DNA of 64,000 nucleotides from Candidatus Woesebacteria bacterium (lineage in GTDB: Bacteria; Patescibacteriota; Microgenomatia; UBA8517). Of this stretch, positions 10,248 through 20,371 are shown in pieces. Both the position numbers and the translations under genes were made by a program. The notes under the pieces are model-generated. The model made no database searches. It was not told where the DNA came from and saw only the letters and a program-made list of their open reading frames with translations. Position 1 is the first letter of the stretch. Each line of letters starts with the position of its first letter. Location: the NCBI GenBank assembly GCA_020060565.1, contig JAGVAE010000003.1, positions 20,072-84,071 on the forward strand, written 5' to 3'.

Positions 10248-10531
10248 TCTCCGTCATATATTTTTCTCGGATACTGGGGTTTAATATTACGAAGGATGGC
10301 GTTAGATTCTACCCACTTTAATAATTCTATTTCTGGGGAATTATCAATTATAGGTTTCCCATCTGATCCAATACTCATTACAAACGAGGTTTCTTCCTCT
10401 CTTAACTCATAAGGATATAGTTCAGTATTTAAATTTCCTCTGACATTTCTGTCAAGTAATTCACTAATTGTTTTTGGCTGCCCTTTTGGTTTAGGGGTGA
10501 TTCCGACCCATGTTTCAGGACTGATGCCCAT
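10244..10531 (-). CDS. Hypothetical protein (95 aa) inserted antisense between ftsW and murG
   Basis: Fills the ftsW-murG gap; TG-n-TATCAT 8 nt before ATG 10531. Confidence 0.6.
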   Translation of the reverse strand: MGISPETWVGITPKPKGQPKTISELLDRNVRGNLNTELYPYELREEETSFVMSIGSDGKPIIDNSPEIELLKWVESNAILRNIKPQYPRKIYDGD

Positions 10532-10624
10532 AGTTTTGAATGATATCATCATTTTCAAGTCCTGTAAAACATAGAATATCAAATTGTATTGGGTTAGTAG
10601 TCCACAATTGATATACTTAAGTAT

Positions 10625-11731
10625 ATGGATAAAAAGAGAATACTCCTTACTGGTGGGCATGCGGCTACAACGGGAATTGCTGTGGTTGAAGAAATTAGAA
10701 AAACAGAAAAATTAAAAGATTTAGAAATCTTTTGGGTTGGTTCCCAAACTGCGATTGAAGGATCGAAAATTTCCACAATGGAATCTCAGATATTTCCAAG
10801 AATTGGAGTTTCCTTCATCCCCATTAGTGCAGGTAAAATTCAAACTAAATTTACTCGTCATACAATTCCTTCAGTTCTAAAAATCCCAGTGGGGCTCATT
10901 CAGGCATTTTGGTTTTTACTTAAAATCAGACCCAATGTTGTCCTTTCTTTTGGTGGATATTCATCCTTTCCAATAGTTCTTTGGTCTTGGTTTTTTAGGA
11001 TCCCCGTAATACTGCATGAACAAACAGTTGCGGCGGGACGGGCTTCCATCTCCTCCGCCTTTTTTGCAACAAAGATTGCACTGGCTAGAACGGAAAGCCA
11101 AAAATACTTTCCAATTGGAAAATCAATTGTTACAGGTAACCCCTTGATGTCAAATATCTTAAATATTGTTCCTAAAGATAACCCAAGCAAATCTCCCACA
11201 ATCCTTGTCATTGGAGGCTCACGTGGATCGAATTTTTTAAATGAGCTAATAACTGATATTGCAGTCAAACTTCTTTCCCAATTCACCATAATTCATGTAA
11301 CAGGAATGAGGGATTTTGAAAAAGTTGAAAAGTTTAAAGAAACGCTTCCACAAGATTTGAAACAAAATTACAAAACCTATTTATCAATAAATCCTACAGA
11401 AATGGGAAGCTACTATTCTCAGGCGGATATAATCATTAGTAGATCGGGGGCAAATTCCATTTCGGAAATTCTTTATGCAAGACGCCCCACAATATTAATA
11501 CCACTTCCTAGAACTTTCATGGGGGAGCAAGTAAAAAATGCCAGATATGCCGAGAGCTTTGGATTTTCATTCGTCTTTCTTGAGAAAGAAGCTACCCCTG
11601 AGGTAATTATTAAAGAAATAAACAAACTCTTGGCAGATTGGCAAAAGATTATGGAGAAAGCAAACGGTAAGGATAACCCTGACATAAATGCTTCAAAGAA
11701 AGTAGTAGACTTGGTTTCTACTTATATATGA
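10625..11731 (+). CDS. murG: MurG glycosyltransferase
   Basis: TGGHAAT, FGGYSS, HEQT, TGNP, GGSRGS, SRSGANS, EQVKNA. Confidence 0.92.
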   Translation: MDKKRILLTGGHAATTGIAVVEEIRKTEKLKDLEIFWVGSQTAIEGSKISTMESQIFPRIGVSFIPISAGKIQTKFTRHTIPSVLKIPVGLIQAFWFLLKIRPNVVLSFGGYSSFPIVLWSWFFRIPVILHEQTVAAGRASISSAFFATKIALARTESQKYFPIGKSIVTGNPLMSNILNIVPKDNPSKSPTILVIGGSRGSNFLNELITDIAVKLLSQFTIIHVTGMRDFEKVEKFKETLPQDLKQNYKTYLSINPTEMGSYYSQADIIISRSGANSISEILYARRPTILIPLPRTFMGEQVKNARYAESFGFSFVFLEKEATPEVIIKEINKLLADWQKIMEKANGKDNPDINASKKVVDLVSTYI

Positions 11732-12384
11732 TAAAGAAATTTTTCTCATGGTTTGCAGTAGTTTTTGTTATGGTTTTAGTTTTATCTCCATTTTTAATAA
11801 CCCAGTTTTTGATTAAAGTAAAAATAGAATGCTTAAGTCAATTTGGACAATGTCCACTCGAAGTAAACTCTAAACTCGAAATTCTAAACTCTAAGAATTT
11901 ATGGCAGACAAAATCAGAAATTGCAAAAATTTTAAAAAAAGATTCATTGATTTCTGATTTTTCAATGCAATACAAGCTTCCTAATATTCTTCAAGTTAAT
12001 CTATTAGTAAAAAAGCCTATGTTTGCAATTAAAGATGCGTCATTGGGTAAAATATTTACGGTTGACGCGACTGGAAATATTCTTTCTGAAGTATCATCAA
12101 CCACGCTTCCTATGGTTGTACAAAATGACCAGATGATAAATACATACACACTTAATCTCATGCTTGGTATATATCAAATGTATCAAGTAGGATATGGAAC
12201 GATAGTAAATGATGCTTTGGTTGTTGATATACCTAATGGACTTAGAGTAATATTTCCAGTAAGAGGTGATGAACCTGAGGTTTTGCTTGGTGCATTAAGA
12301 TTAATATATTCGAAAGTTACGACAGAATATGCAGGGGTCTATTCTGAGATTGACATGAGGTACAAGAATCCTGTATTAAGGTAG
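11728..12384 (+). CDS. ftsQ: FtsQ/DivIB-like cell division protein
   Basis: N-terminal TM, YKLPNILQV (POTRA-like), C-terminal IDMRY; lies between murG and ftsA. Confidence 0.7.
   Translation: MIKKFFSWFAVVFVMVLVLSPFLITQFLIKVKIECLSQFGQCPLEVNSKLEILNSKNLWQTKSEIAKILKKDSLISDFSMQYKLPNILQVNLLVKKPMFAIKDASLGKIFTVDATGNILSEVSSTTLPMVVQNDQMINTYTLNLMLGIYQMYQVGYGTIVNDALVVDIPNGLRVIFPVRGDEPEVLLGALRLIYSKVTTEYAGVYSEIDMRYKNPVLR
11865..11894 (+). repeat. Heptamer tandem array in frame within ftsQ
   Basis: aaactct aaactcg aaattct aaactct (NSKLEILNSK). Confidence 0.8.
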
Positions 12385-12404
12385 TATTGTAAGTAAAAAG
12401 ACAT

Positions 12405-13670
12405 ATGACTAAATCACGAATTATTGCAGGAATTGAGTTGGGATCAAATAAAATTGCTACTTTAATTTCCCAAGTTGCGGTTGACCCCATTACAATGGAG
12501 ACTTCAATTAATATTATGGGTGCAGCTTCTTCTGAATCTCGAGGAATTAAAAAAGGACAGATAGTTGATATTGAAGATGCAGTTGAGGCAATAATCTCAT
12601 CGGTTGAAGCAGCTGAAAGAATGGCGGGATATAACCTTGAATCAGCCTATATTGCTTTGGGGGGAGCCCACATTCATTCACAAAACAGTCATGGTGTTGT
12701 TGCCATCTCAGAACCAAACGGTGAGATAAATCAAAATGATGTGGATCGTGCAATAGAGGCCGCATCAGCAGTATCCATGCCAACTTCTCGTGAGATCGTA
12801 CACGTTTTACCGAGAGAATATGTGGTTGATGGTGAAGCAGGGGTTCATGACCCAGTGGGCATGAATGGAGTAAGGTTGGAAGTTGACACACATATAGTAT
12901 CAGCGGGTGCATCAGCTATAAAGAACGTAAGAAAAGCGGTAAATGAAGTAGGAATTCAAATTGAAGATTTGGTTTTTTCAGGAATTGCCTCGGCAGAAGC
13001 AGTACTTTCACCAACAGAAAAAGAATTAGGGTGTGTTTTAATTGATATTGGTGGCGGAACAACTTCAATAGCTGCATATATTGATGGATCATTAAGTTAT
13101 TCAGGAGTAATCCCAGTGGGGGCAAAAAATGTAACCAATGATTTAGCAATTGGTCTTAGGGTTTCTTTAGAAACCGCAGAAAAAATAAAATTAGCACTAT
13201 CTTCTAAAAAGAAAGTAGAAGAGTCAGATGAAATGGATTTGGTAAGTCTTGGTGTAACTGAAGTAACTAAAATTTCAAGGAAAACTCTTTTGGAAGGAAT
13301 TATAAGACCGCGTATGAATGAAATTTTTACAATGGTTAGAATGGAGTTGGATAGGGAAGGACTTGCAAATAGAATTCCTTCAGGAGCGATAATCACAGGC
13401 GGTGGATCAGAAACCGCAGGAGCAGTTGAATCAGCAAAAAGAATGTTAAGTTTACCCGTAAGAGCAGGGATCCCAACAGGTGTAACAGGACTGATTGATG
13501 ATGTGATAAATCCATCTTTTTCTACATGTGTGGGACTTATTCTTTATGGTGCGCGCGATATACCTCAAAACGAAAACTTGACAAGATTTACAAAAAAGAT
13601 AAAACTACCAGGTGCGGCCAGTGGAATGTTTGGAAAAATAATTTCGTCAATTAAGGATTTATTGCCTTAG
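12405..13670 (+). CDS. ftsA: Cell division protein FtsA
   Basis: GIELGSNKI, GIKKG, AERMAG, PVGMNGVRLE, DIGGGTT, TGGGS. Confidence 0.95.
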   Translation: MTKSRIIAGIELGSNKIATLISQVAVDPITMETSINIMGAASSESRGIKKGQIVDIEDAVEAIISSVEAAERMAGYNLESAYIALGGAHIHSQNSHGVVAISEPNGEINQNDVDRAIEAASAVSMPTSREIVHVLPREYVVDGEAGVHDPVGMNGVRLEVDTHIVSAGASAIKNVRKAVNEVGIQIEDLVFSGIASAEAVLSPTEKELGCVLIDIGGGTTSIAAYIDGSLSYSGVIPVGAKNVTNDLAIGLRVSLETAEKIKLALSSKKKVEESDEMDLVSLGVTEVTKISRKTLLEGIIRPRMNEIFTMVRMELDREGLANRIPSGAIITGGGSETAGAVESAKRMLSLPVRAGIPTGVTGLIDDVINPSFSTCVGLILYGARDIPQNENLTRFTKKIKLPGAASGMFGKIISSIKDLLP

Positions 13671-13748
13671 GATAAAATCTTCTGCCCAAAGTATCGTTCG
13701 CTTGTTTTTTACTCCTGCTTTAGATACAATGCGGCGACACATATAAAT

Positions 13749-14909
13749 ATGGCACTTGTTAAACCAGATAGCGCAAGAATAGCAAAAATAAAAGTAATTG
13801 GAGTGGGTGGTGGTGGTGGAAATGCAATCTCCTCCATGATTGATTCGGGAAACATAAGTGGGGTTGAATTCATTGCAATTAATACGGATGCCCAAGTACT
13901 TCTTCAGAGTAAAGCCCCAACAAAACTTCAGATAGGTGAAAAATTAACAAAGGGACTTGGAGTTGGTGGAAATCCTGAAATAGGAACTCAAGCAGCGGAG
14001 GAATCAGTAGAGAAAATAAAAGAACTTCTAATTGATAGCGATATGGTTTTTGTTACAGCAGGAATGGGTGGGGGAACAGGAACAGGAGCAGCTCCAGTTA
14101 TTGCCCAACTTGCAAAAGAAGCAGGAGCCCTAACAGTTGGGGTTGTGACAAAACCATTTGCATTTGAAGGAACCAGGCGTGCAGTAGCAGCTGAGGATGG
14201 AATTGAAAAATTAAAAGAAACAACGGATACCTTAATAGTTATACCAAATCAAAGATTGATGGATGTTATTGATCGCAAGATGACACTTATTGAAGCGTTT
14301 AAGGTAGTTGACTCGGTATTAGGTCAAGCAGTTGGAGGAATTGCAGACATAATTACCACCGCGGGACTTGTCAACGTTGACTTTGCCGACGTCAAAACCA
14401 TTATGAAAGATGCAGGAAGCGCTCTTCTTGGAATTGGAACGGGGGTTGGAGAAAATAGAGCCCAAATGGCGGCCAGAGCAGCTGTATCATCCCCACTTCT
14501 TGATCTTTCAATAGAAGGAGCTAGAGGTGTCTTGTTTAATATCGCAGGCGGAAATGATCTAACAATGTTTGAGGTTGATGAGGCTGCAAGAATAATTAGT
14601 GGGGCAGCAGACCCCGATGCAAACGTTATCTTTGGAGCAGTTATTAAATCAGACTTAACCGATCAAGTCAGAATTACAGTCATAGCCACTGGATTTGATG
14701 AAACCAGAAGTAGAATTGCTCAAATGAGACAGCCCACACAAACTCCAATAGTCCAAGGGGTGGTTAGTGAGCCAATAAGACAAGATAATAATGTAACAGA
14801 ACAAGAGGAAGAAACAAAAAATGACCAACTAGATAATCAAAGGAGTGATGACAATGACACTTTTGGAGAAAAATTTGAAATCCCTGCTTTCCTACGCAAA
14901 ATCCACTAA
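13749..14909 (+). CDS. ftsZ: Cell division protein FtsZ
   Basis: [25 protein letters not shown]-terminal EIPAFLR. Confidence 0.98.
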   Translation: MALVKPDSARIAKIKVIGVGGGGGNAISSMIDSGNISGVEFIAINTDAQVLLQSKAPTKLQIGEKLTKGLGVGGNPEIGTQAAEESVEKIKELLIDSDMVFVTAGMGGGTGTGAAPVIAQLAKEAGALTVGVVTKPFAFEGTRRAVAAEDGIEKLKETTDTLIVIPNQRLMDVIDRKMTLIEAFKVVDSVLGQAVGGIADIITTAGLVNVDFADVKTIMKDAGSALLGIGTGVGENRAQMAARAAVSSPLLDLSIEGARGVLFNIAGGNDLTMFEVDEAARIISGAADPDANVIFGAVIKSDLTDQVRITVIATGFDETRSRIAQMRQPTQTPIVQGVVSEPIRQDNNVTEQEEETKNDQLDNQRSDDNDTFGEKFEIPAFLRKIH

Positions 14910-14911
14910 AT

Positions 14912-15415
14912 ATGACAATAGAAAGACATAATCCAGCCAAAGAAATAAAAGGTGCTAAAACAATAACTGAAGTTGAACTAATTCAATCTGCACAATCTTT
15001 TTTGGAGGCTAATGAATCAGCTGAAGGCAAAAATAGATTGGGTTTTTCATCACTGAAACCTGGAGATTTTAATATATGTTCTATTGGTAGGGTCATGATT
15101 TCAGGTGATTTTTTGAGAGTAGTCGAACCTCTTTACTCATTTTTTTATTCGGATAAACAAGGAGAAGTACTTGCGGTAAGATATAGGAGTAAAACAAAAA
15201 CTACGAAGGATAACCCTAATTTTTTCCTGACTGCAAGAAATAACAAAAATTGTAATGTCTTTGAGCTTAGGAAGATTACAAAGACAGGAAATTACATAGA
15301 GGATGTAGGTATGAGCGATCCCATAACAATAAGTTCAGATGATATCCCAACATTTAAATACATTGACGTACTTCGTAGCCTTATAATAGCTGAAACTAAA
15401 GCTGTAACTAGTTGA
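14912..15415 (+). CDS. Hypothetical protein
   Basis: 167-aa ORF starting 2 nt after the ftsZ stop; no recognisable motif. Confidence 0.65.
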   Translation: MTIERHNPAKEIKGAKTITEVELIQSAQSFLEANESAEGKNRLGFSSLKPGDFNICSIGRVMISGDFLRVVEPLYSFFYSDKQGEVLAVRYRSKTKTTKDNPNFFLTARNNKNCNVFELRKITKTGNYIEDVGMSDPITISSDDIPTFKYIDVLRSLIIAETKAVTS

Positions 15416-15675
15416 CTTGTAAACTTTAAACTACAACGGTAAAAAAGGGAATAAAAATATGTACAAAGACAGCTAATGAGATAAGAAATTATGTAGCTAG
15501 TGATTTGGTAAAATTTGGGAGAGTTTCACTTAGACATGCAAGAATCTATAGGTCAGTGGCCGCTGATGATTACTATTACCATACAGAAATTGACCCCAAT
15601 TTTTATCGTGGAGGAGGTTGCGCGGTTGACAGACGCGGTTAACAAACACATCATTATATAGTAGAATAGCTTCAT

Positions 15676-18633
15676 ATGGCCAAGAGCAAGCCCTATTTTG
15701 ATCCAGTTGAGCTTAATGTGAGCTTTTCTGAGCTTGAAAAAAAGCTTCTTTCTGAGTGGTACAAGAAAGGTATTGTCAAAAAGTATCTTGAGCGCAATAT
15801 TGCTTCCAAAAAATATTTCTCCTTCTTTGATGGTCCCATTACAGCCAATAACCCAATGGGAGTGCACCATGCCTGGGGAAGGACTTACAAAGATTTATGG
15901 CGCAGGTTTAAAAACATGCAAGGATATAGGCAATCTTTTCAAAATGGTTTTGACTGCCAAGGACTTTGGGTTGAGGTGGAAGTTGAAAAAGAATTAGGTT
16001 TTAAGTTCAAAAAAGACATTGAAACATTTGGAGTAGCTAAATTTGTCCAACTTTGTAAAGATCGTGTCAAGAAATATTCAGGTATCCAAACAGAACAAAC
16101 AAAAAGATTGGGTAGCTTCATGGACTGGGATCATTCCTATTACACCTTGAGTGATGACAATAACTATATGATTTGGCATTTTCTTAAGGTTTGTGCAGAT
16201 AAAGGTTGGATATATAAAGGAGCAGATTCAGTTCCTTGGTGCCCAAGGTGTGAAACAGCTATAAGCCAGCACGAGATGCTGACCGAAGATTATAAAGAGC
16301 TGACCCATCAATCAGTTTATTTAGCGTTTCCAATTGTAGGGCAAACTGATGAGTATTTAATGGTTTGGACAACAACCCCCTGGACAATACCAGCAAATAT
16401 TGCAATTGCTGTTGATGTGGATTTGGATTATTCACAAGTAGAAATTGGAAAAAGAAAATATTGGATAGCAAAGGATGCAAAAGACAGAGTACTAGCAGGA
16501 ACTCCACACAAAGTATTAAAAACCGTAAGAGGATCAAAACTTGTTGGTCTTAAATATACTGGAGCTTTTGATGATTTGCCAAAAGTTAGTGAGGTTGCAA
16601 GAGGGAAGAATGACAGATTCCATGTAGTGGTTGCCACTGACAGTATGATTATGCCAATTACAACAACTGAGGGAACAGGCATGGTTCACACTGCAGTTTC
16701 TGCAGGAACTGAAGATTTTAAACTGGGACAAAGGTTGAATCTTCCCATGATTCCCATAATTGAAGACGATGCTTCATATATGCCGAATTTAGGGGAATTT
16801 TCAGGATTAAATGCAAAAAAGCACCCTGAACTTATCTTGGACTATCTTAAAAAATTGGATTCAGAAGGAAAACATTTCTATCTTAAGATTGAAAACTACA
16901 CCCATAGATATCCTGCCTGTTGGAGATGTAAAACTGAACTTGTGTGGAAAGTAACTGACGAATGGTATATAGCCATGGATAAGCCTGGCGTATCTGATAC
17001 ACGAACGTTGCGGGAAAGAATGAAAGCTGCTGCTGACAAAATTAGTTGGGTACCTTCTTTTGGTAAAGAAAGAGAAATGGATTGGCTTAACAATATGCAC
17101 GATTGGTTGATTAGTAAAAAGAACAGATATTGGGGTCTAGCACTTCCCATTTGGGAATGCTCTAAATGCAAAAACTTTGAAGTAATAGGAAGCAAAGAGG
17201 AATTAAGAGAAAGGGCAGTTGAGGGCTGGAAAAGTTTTGAAGGTAAAACCCCTCATAAACCACAGATTGATGAGGTAAAGATAAAATGTTCAAAGTGTGG
17301 TGAATTGGCCTCAAGAATAGAACCAGTGGGTAACCCCTGGCTTGATGCAGGAATAGTAGCCTTCTCAACAGTTAGTAAAAACAATGAAGCCTGTAACTTT
17401 GAATCAACAAAAACAAAACCTTTATATTTAACAGATAAAAAATCTTGGAGAAATTGGTTTCCTGCAGATTTCATTACAGAAAGCTTTCCAGGACAGTTTA
17501 AGAATTGGTTTTATTCAATGATTGCAATGAGCACTGTTCTTGAAGATACAGCTCCTATGAAAAATGTTTTAGGTTATGCAAGTTTGGTTGGTGAGGATGG
17601 GCGCCCCATGCACAAAAGTTGGGGAAACGCAATTGAGTTTAATGAAGGAGCAGATAAAGTTGGAGCAGATGTTATGAGATGGCTGTTTGTTAGACAGAAC
17701 CCCGCGGAAAATCTTCTTTTTGGTTATAGAGTAGCTGATGAAACCAGAAGAAAATTCCATCTTAAGCTTTGGAATGTCTACAATTTCTTTGTCACTTATG
17801 CTAACTTAGATGGTTTTCAACCATCTAAAGGTGAAAGGTTAAAGGTAAAAAGTAAAAGCGTTCTAGACAGTTGGATATTATCAAGACTTAATCAAACAAT
17901 TTCAGGAGTAACCAGTGGTCTTGAAAAGTATGATGCTTACTGTTCTAGTGGTGAGATTGAAAAATTTGTTGATGATTTATCACTTTGGTACATAAGACGC
18001 TCTCGTGACAGAGTAGGTCCTGCTGCGGAATCGCCAAAAGATAAGAACAACTTTTATTCTACAACCTACTATGTTTTAGTTACCCTCTCAAAACTCCTGG
18101 CACCATTCTTGCCCTATCTTTCTGAAACTATTTATAAAAACCTAACAAAGGAAGCCTCAGTTCATTTTGTAGATTGGCCAAAAATTAGCTCAAAAGTAAA
18201 AATAAATAAAGAGTTAATAGAGGAAATGCAAAAGGCCCGAGATCTTGTGGAAAAAGCCCACTCAATACGTAAAGAACAAATGATTGCAGTGCGTCAGCCT
18301 CTTAATTCATATGCGTCAACTACAAAACCAATTTCAAAAAATCTTGAATATTTAATAAAGGACGAAATAAACGTAAAGAATTTAACTTGGAATTCTAAAA
18401 CCGATAAACTGGACACAAAAATTACTAAAGAGCTAGAAGAAGAAGCATCGGTTCGTGAACTTATGCGTAAGATTCAAGACGAAAGAAAAAAATTGGGACT
18501 GGATCTTACACAAAAAGCTGATGTAACAATTGAGAAGTTACCAACCAACTCTAAACTTGTTATTTGGATGAATAAGAAAGCACAGATAGCTAATTTGAAG
18601 GTAGGAAAGTTTAAGGTGGTAAAAGCCCCCTAA
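15676..18633 (+). CDS. ileS: Isoleucyl-tRNA synthetase, type 2
   Basis: DGPITAN-PM-GVHH, GFDCQGL, VWTTTPWT, GTGMVH, HRYPACWRC, DWLIS, PMHKS-WGN, LSLWYIRRSR. Confidence 0.93.
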   Translation: MAKSKPYFDPVELNVSFSELEKKLLSEWYKKGIVKKYLERNIASKKYFSFFDGPITANNPMGVHHAWGRTYKDLWRRFKNMQGYRQSFQNGFDCQGLWVEVEVEKELGFKFKKDIETFGVAKFVQLCKDRVKKYSGIQTEQTKRLGSFMDWDHSYYTLSDDNNYMIWHFLKVCADKGWIYKGADSVPWCPRCETAISQHEMLTEDYKELTHQSVYLAFPIVGQTDEYLMVWTTTPWTIPANIAIAVDVDLDYSQVEIGKRKYWIAKDAKDRVLAGTPHKVLKTVRGSKLVGLKYTGAFDDLPKVSEVARGKNDRFHVVVATDSMIMPITTTEGTGMVHTAVSAGTEDFKLGQRLNLPMIPIIEDDASYMPNLGEFSGLNAKKHPELILDYLKKLDSEGKHFYLKIENYTHRYPACWRCKTELVWKVTDEWYIAMDKPGVSDTRTLRERMKAAADKISWVPSFGKEREMDWLNNMHDWLISKKNRYWGLALPIWECSKCKNFEVIGSKEELRERAVEGWKSFEGKTPHKPQIDEVKIKCSKCGELASRIEPVGNPWLDAGIVAFSTVSKNNEACNFESTKTKPLYLTDKKSWRNWFPADFITESFPGQFKNWFYSMIAMSTVLEDTAPMKNVLGYASLVGEDGRPMHKSWGNAIEFNEGADKVGADVMRWLFVRQNPAENLLFGYRVADETRRKFHLKLWNVYNFFVTYANLDGFQPSKGERLKVKSKSVLDSWILSRLNQTISGVTSGLEKYDAYCSSGEIEKFVDDLSLWYIRRSRDRVGPAAESPKDKNNFYSTTYYVLVTLSKLLAPFLPYLSETIYKNLTKEASVHFVDWPKISSKVKINKELIEEMQKARDLVEKAHSIRKEQMIAVRQPLNSYASTTKPISKNLEYLIKDEINVKNLTWNSKTDKLDTKITKELEEEASVRELMRKIQDERKKLGLDLTQKADVTIEKLPTNSKLVIWMNKKAQIANLKVGKFKVVKAP
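17827..17858 (+). repeat. Heptamer tandem array in frame within ileS
   Basis: aaaggtg aaaggtt aaaggta aaaagta (KGERLKVKS). Confidence 0.8.
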
Positions 18634-19670
18634 TGTTTAAAGATATAGGTTTATCTATTTCAGTAATATTTTTAATAGCACTTAGTGTATTTATCCTCAA
18701 TTCTGTAGCTCCCACAATCTTTCCGTCGTATATAATTTACATAGTTTTGGCTCTACTTTCATTTTGGTTTTTCTCATTGATAGGTTTTGAAATAATTTCT
18801 CTTTTTTCAACTCATTTATATATTCTTTCAATATTTCTTTTGGTTGTAACACTAATTATAGGGCAAGTGACTAATGGGACAGTCCGCTGGATTCCAATAG
18901 GGTCATTTACTCTTCAACCATCAGAAATAGCCAGACCATTTTTGCTCGTATTTTTTGCAACATATCTAACTAAAGAAAAAGTAACTTTTAAAAGATTCCT
19001 AAAAGCTATGCTTCTTGTATTGGTTCCTACAGCATTGATTTTTATACAACCTTCACTAGGAGTATCAATATTAACAATAATAGGGTTTTTAGGCGTCCTA
19101 ATTGCCTCAGAATTTAATAAAAAATATTTATTGGTAGGAGCTATTGGTAGCCTTCTTCTTATTCCAATATTTTGGCAAGTAATGGCACCATATCAAAGAC
19201 AAAGACTAACAACCTTTTTAAATCCAACGTCAGACCCTTTGGGTGCGGGATATAACAGCATTCAATCAACCATTGCTGCAGGTGCAGGAGAACTAACTGG
19301 TAGGGGACTAGGAAGAGGGGTTCAAACACAACTATCATTTCTTCCAGAAAAACAGACTGACTTTATCTTTGCAGCAGTCGGGGAGGAACTTGGTTTTGTT
19401 GGAACTGGTCTAATGTTAATAGTAACATTCATGATTCTTTTTAGACTTACAAAATTTATGGAAAACTCAGCCTCACCTGCAGCCAGAGCCTATCTTAGTG
19501 GATTTTTCCTTATTTACCTAGTTCAAGTATTTGTGCATGCTGGGATGAACATTGGAATTTTTCCAGTAACAGGAATTCCCTTTCCATTGGTTTCTGCGGG
19601 AGGATCTTCTCTTCTTGCCACAATGATGGCATTAGGGATTGCACTCGGAGCCTATAGAAGAAACAATTAG
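18633..19670 (+). CDS. rodA: SEDS family protein, probably RodA
   Basis: GTVRW, QPSE, DPLGAGYN, FLPEKQTDFIF, GIPFPLVSAGGSS; second SEDS paralogue outside dcw. Confidence 0.85.
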   Translation: MFKDIGLSISVIFLIALSVFILNSVAPTIFPSYIIYIVLALLSFWFFSLIGFEIISLFSTHLYILSIFLLVVTLIIGQVTNGTVRWIPIGSFTLQPSEIARPFLLVFFATYLTKEKVTFKRFLKAMLLVLVPTALIFIQPSLGVSILTIIGFLGVLIASEFNKKYLLVGAIGSLLLIPIFWQVMAPYQRQRLTTFLNPTSDPLGAGYNSIQSTIAAGAGELTGRGLGRGVQTQLSFLPEKQTDFIFAAVGEELGFVGTGLMLIVTFMILFRLTKFMENSASPAARAYLSGFFLIYLVQVFVHAGMNIGIFPVTGIPFPLVSAGGSSLLATMMALGIALGAYRRNN

Positions 19671-20005
19671 TATCTACCAGTGTCGTTTTCGATTTCTTCT
19701 AAATTTTGCCGTCTATGTGGTTGTGAAATTGCTCCTGTTTTGATGTTTAATCTGTCATTATTGTTTGATAGTGTTCTTGTTTGTATAGAACTCAAAGGAC
19801 TTGATTCTCCGTCGGAAGGAAGAATCATTCTTTCATGTCCTTCTTCAGGTTCAAGTCTGTGAGATAGATAAATATTTATACAATTTCTAACTGTATTTTC
19901 TGGCAACCCAAGAGTTTTGATTAGTCCCTTAATATTCAAAATTTCTCCTACGTGTTTATCGAATTCATCAGTGATCAGTTGTAGCCTGTTAATTCTATCA
20001 ATCAT
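19667..20005 (-). CDS. Hypothetical protein (possible N-terminal HTH)
   Basis: 112-aa ORF filling the gap; TATATT 7 nt before ATG; IKGLIKTLGLPENTVRN resembles an HTH. Confidence 0.55.
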   Translation of the reverse strand: MIDRINRLQLITDEFDKHVGEILNIKGLIKTLGLPENTVRNCINIYLSHRLEPEEGHERMILPSDGESSPLSSIQTRTLSNNNDRLNIKTGAISQPHRRQNLEEIENDTGRY

Positions 20006-20047
20006 GCTTGTAAATATACCTTTTTTCGATTAAAATACAAGTCTAAT

Positions 20048-20371
20048 ATGGCAAAACAAACACCTAGGAGCAAATACGCAGTAATTAGACTACAAGGAAA
20101 GCAGTACAAGGTTTCTGAGGGTGAGGAAATTTTGGTCGACAAAATGAACGACCTGAAAGTCACCCCCGAAGTTCTTTTGGTTGCCGATGGAGATAGTATA
20201 AAGGTGGGTAAACCACTTGTTAAAGATGCCAAAGTTAGCATCAAGATAGTTAAGGATTTTGAAAAAGGAGAGAAAATAGAGGTATATCACTTCAAAGCCA
20301 AAAGTAGGTATAAGAAACATACAGGTTTTCGCCCCCAATACACCAGAGTTTTGGTTGAAAAAATTGCTTAA
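20048..20371 (+). CDS. rplU: 50S ribosomal protein L21
   Basis: YAVIRLQGKQYKV, FKAKSRYKKHTGFRPQYT. Confidence 0.96.
   Translation: MAKQTPRSKYAVIRLQGKQYKVSEGEEILVDKMNDLKVTPEVLLVADGDSIKVGKPLVKDAKVSIKIVKDFEKGEKIEVYHFKAKSRYKKHTGFRPQYTRVLVEKIA

Noticed and set aside
15430-15642. Open frame of about 70 codons between the ftsZ-linked ORF and ileS
   Set aside because: No convincing start or promoter, and joining it to 14912-15415 needs more than one lesion; at most a remnant.
18055-18076. Possible second heptamer relic in ileS (YSTTYYV)
   Set aside because: Too degenerate to separate from chance, though the peptide resembles the 34323 array.
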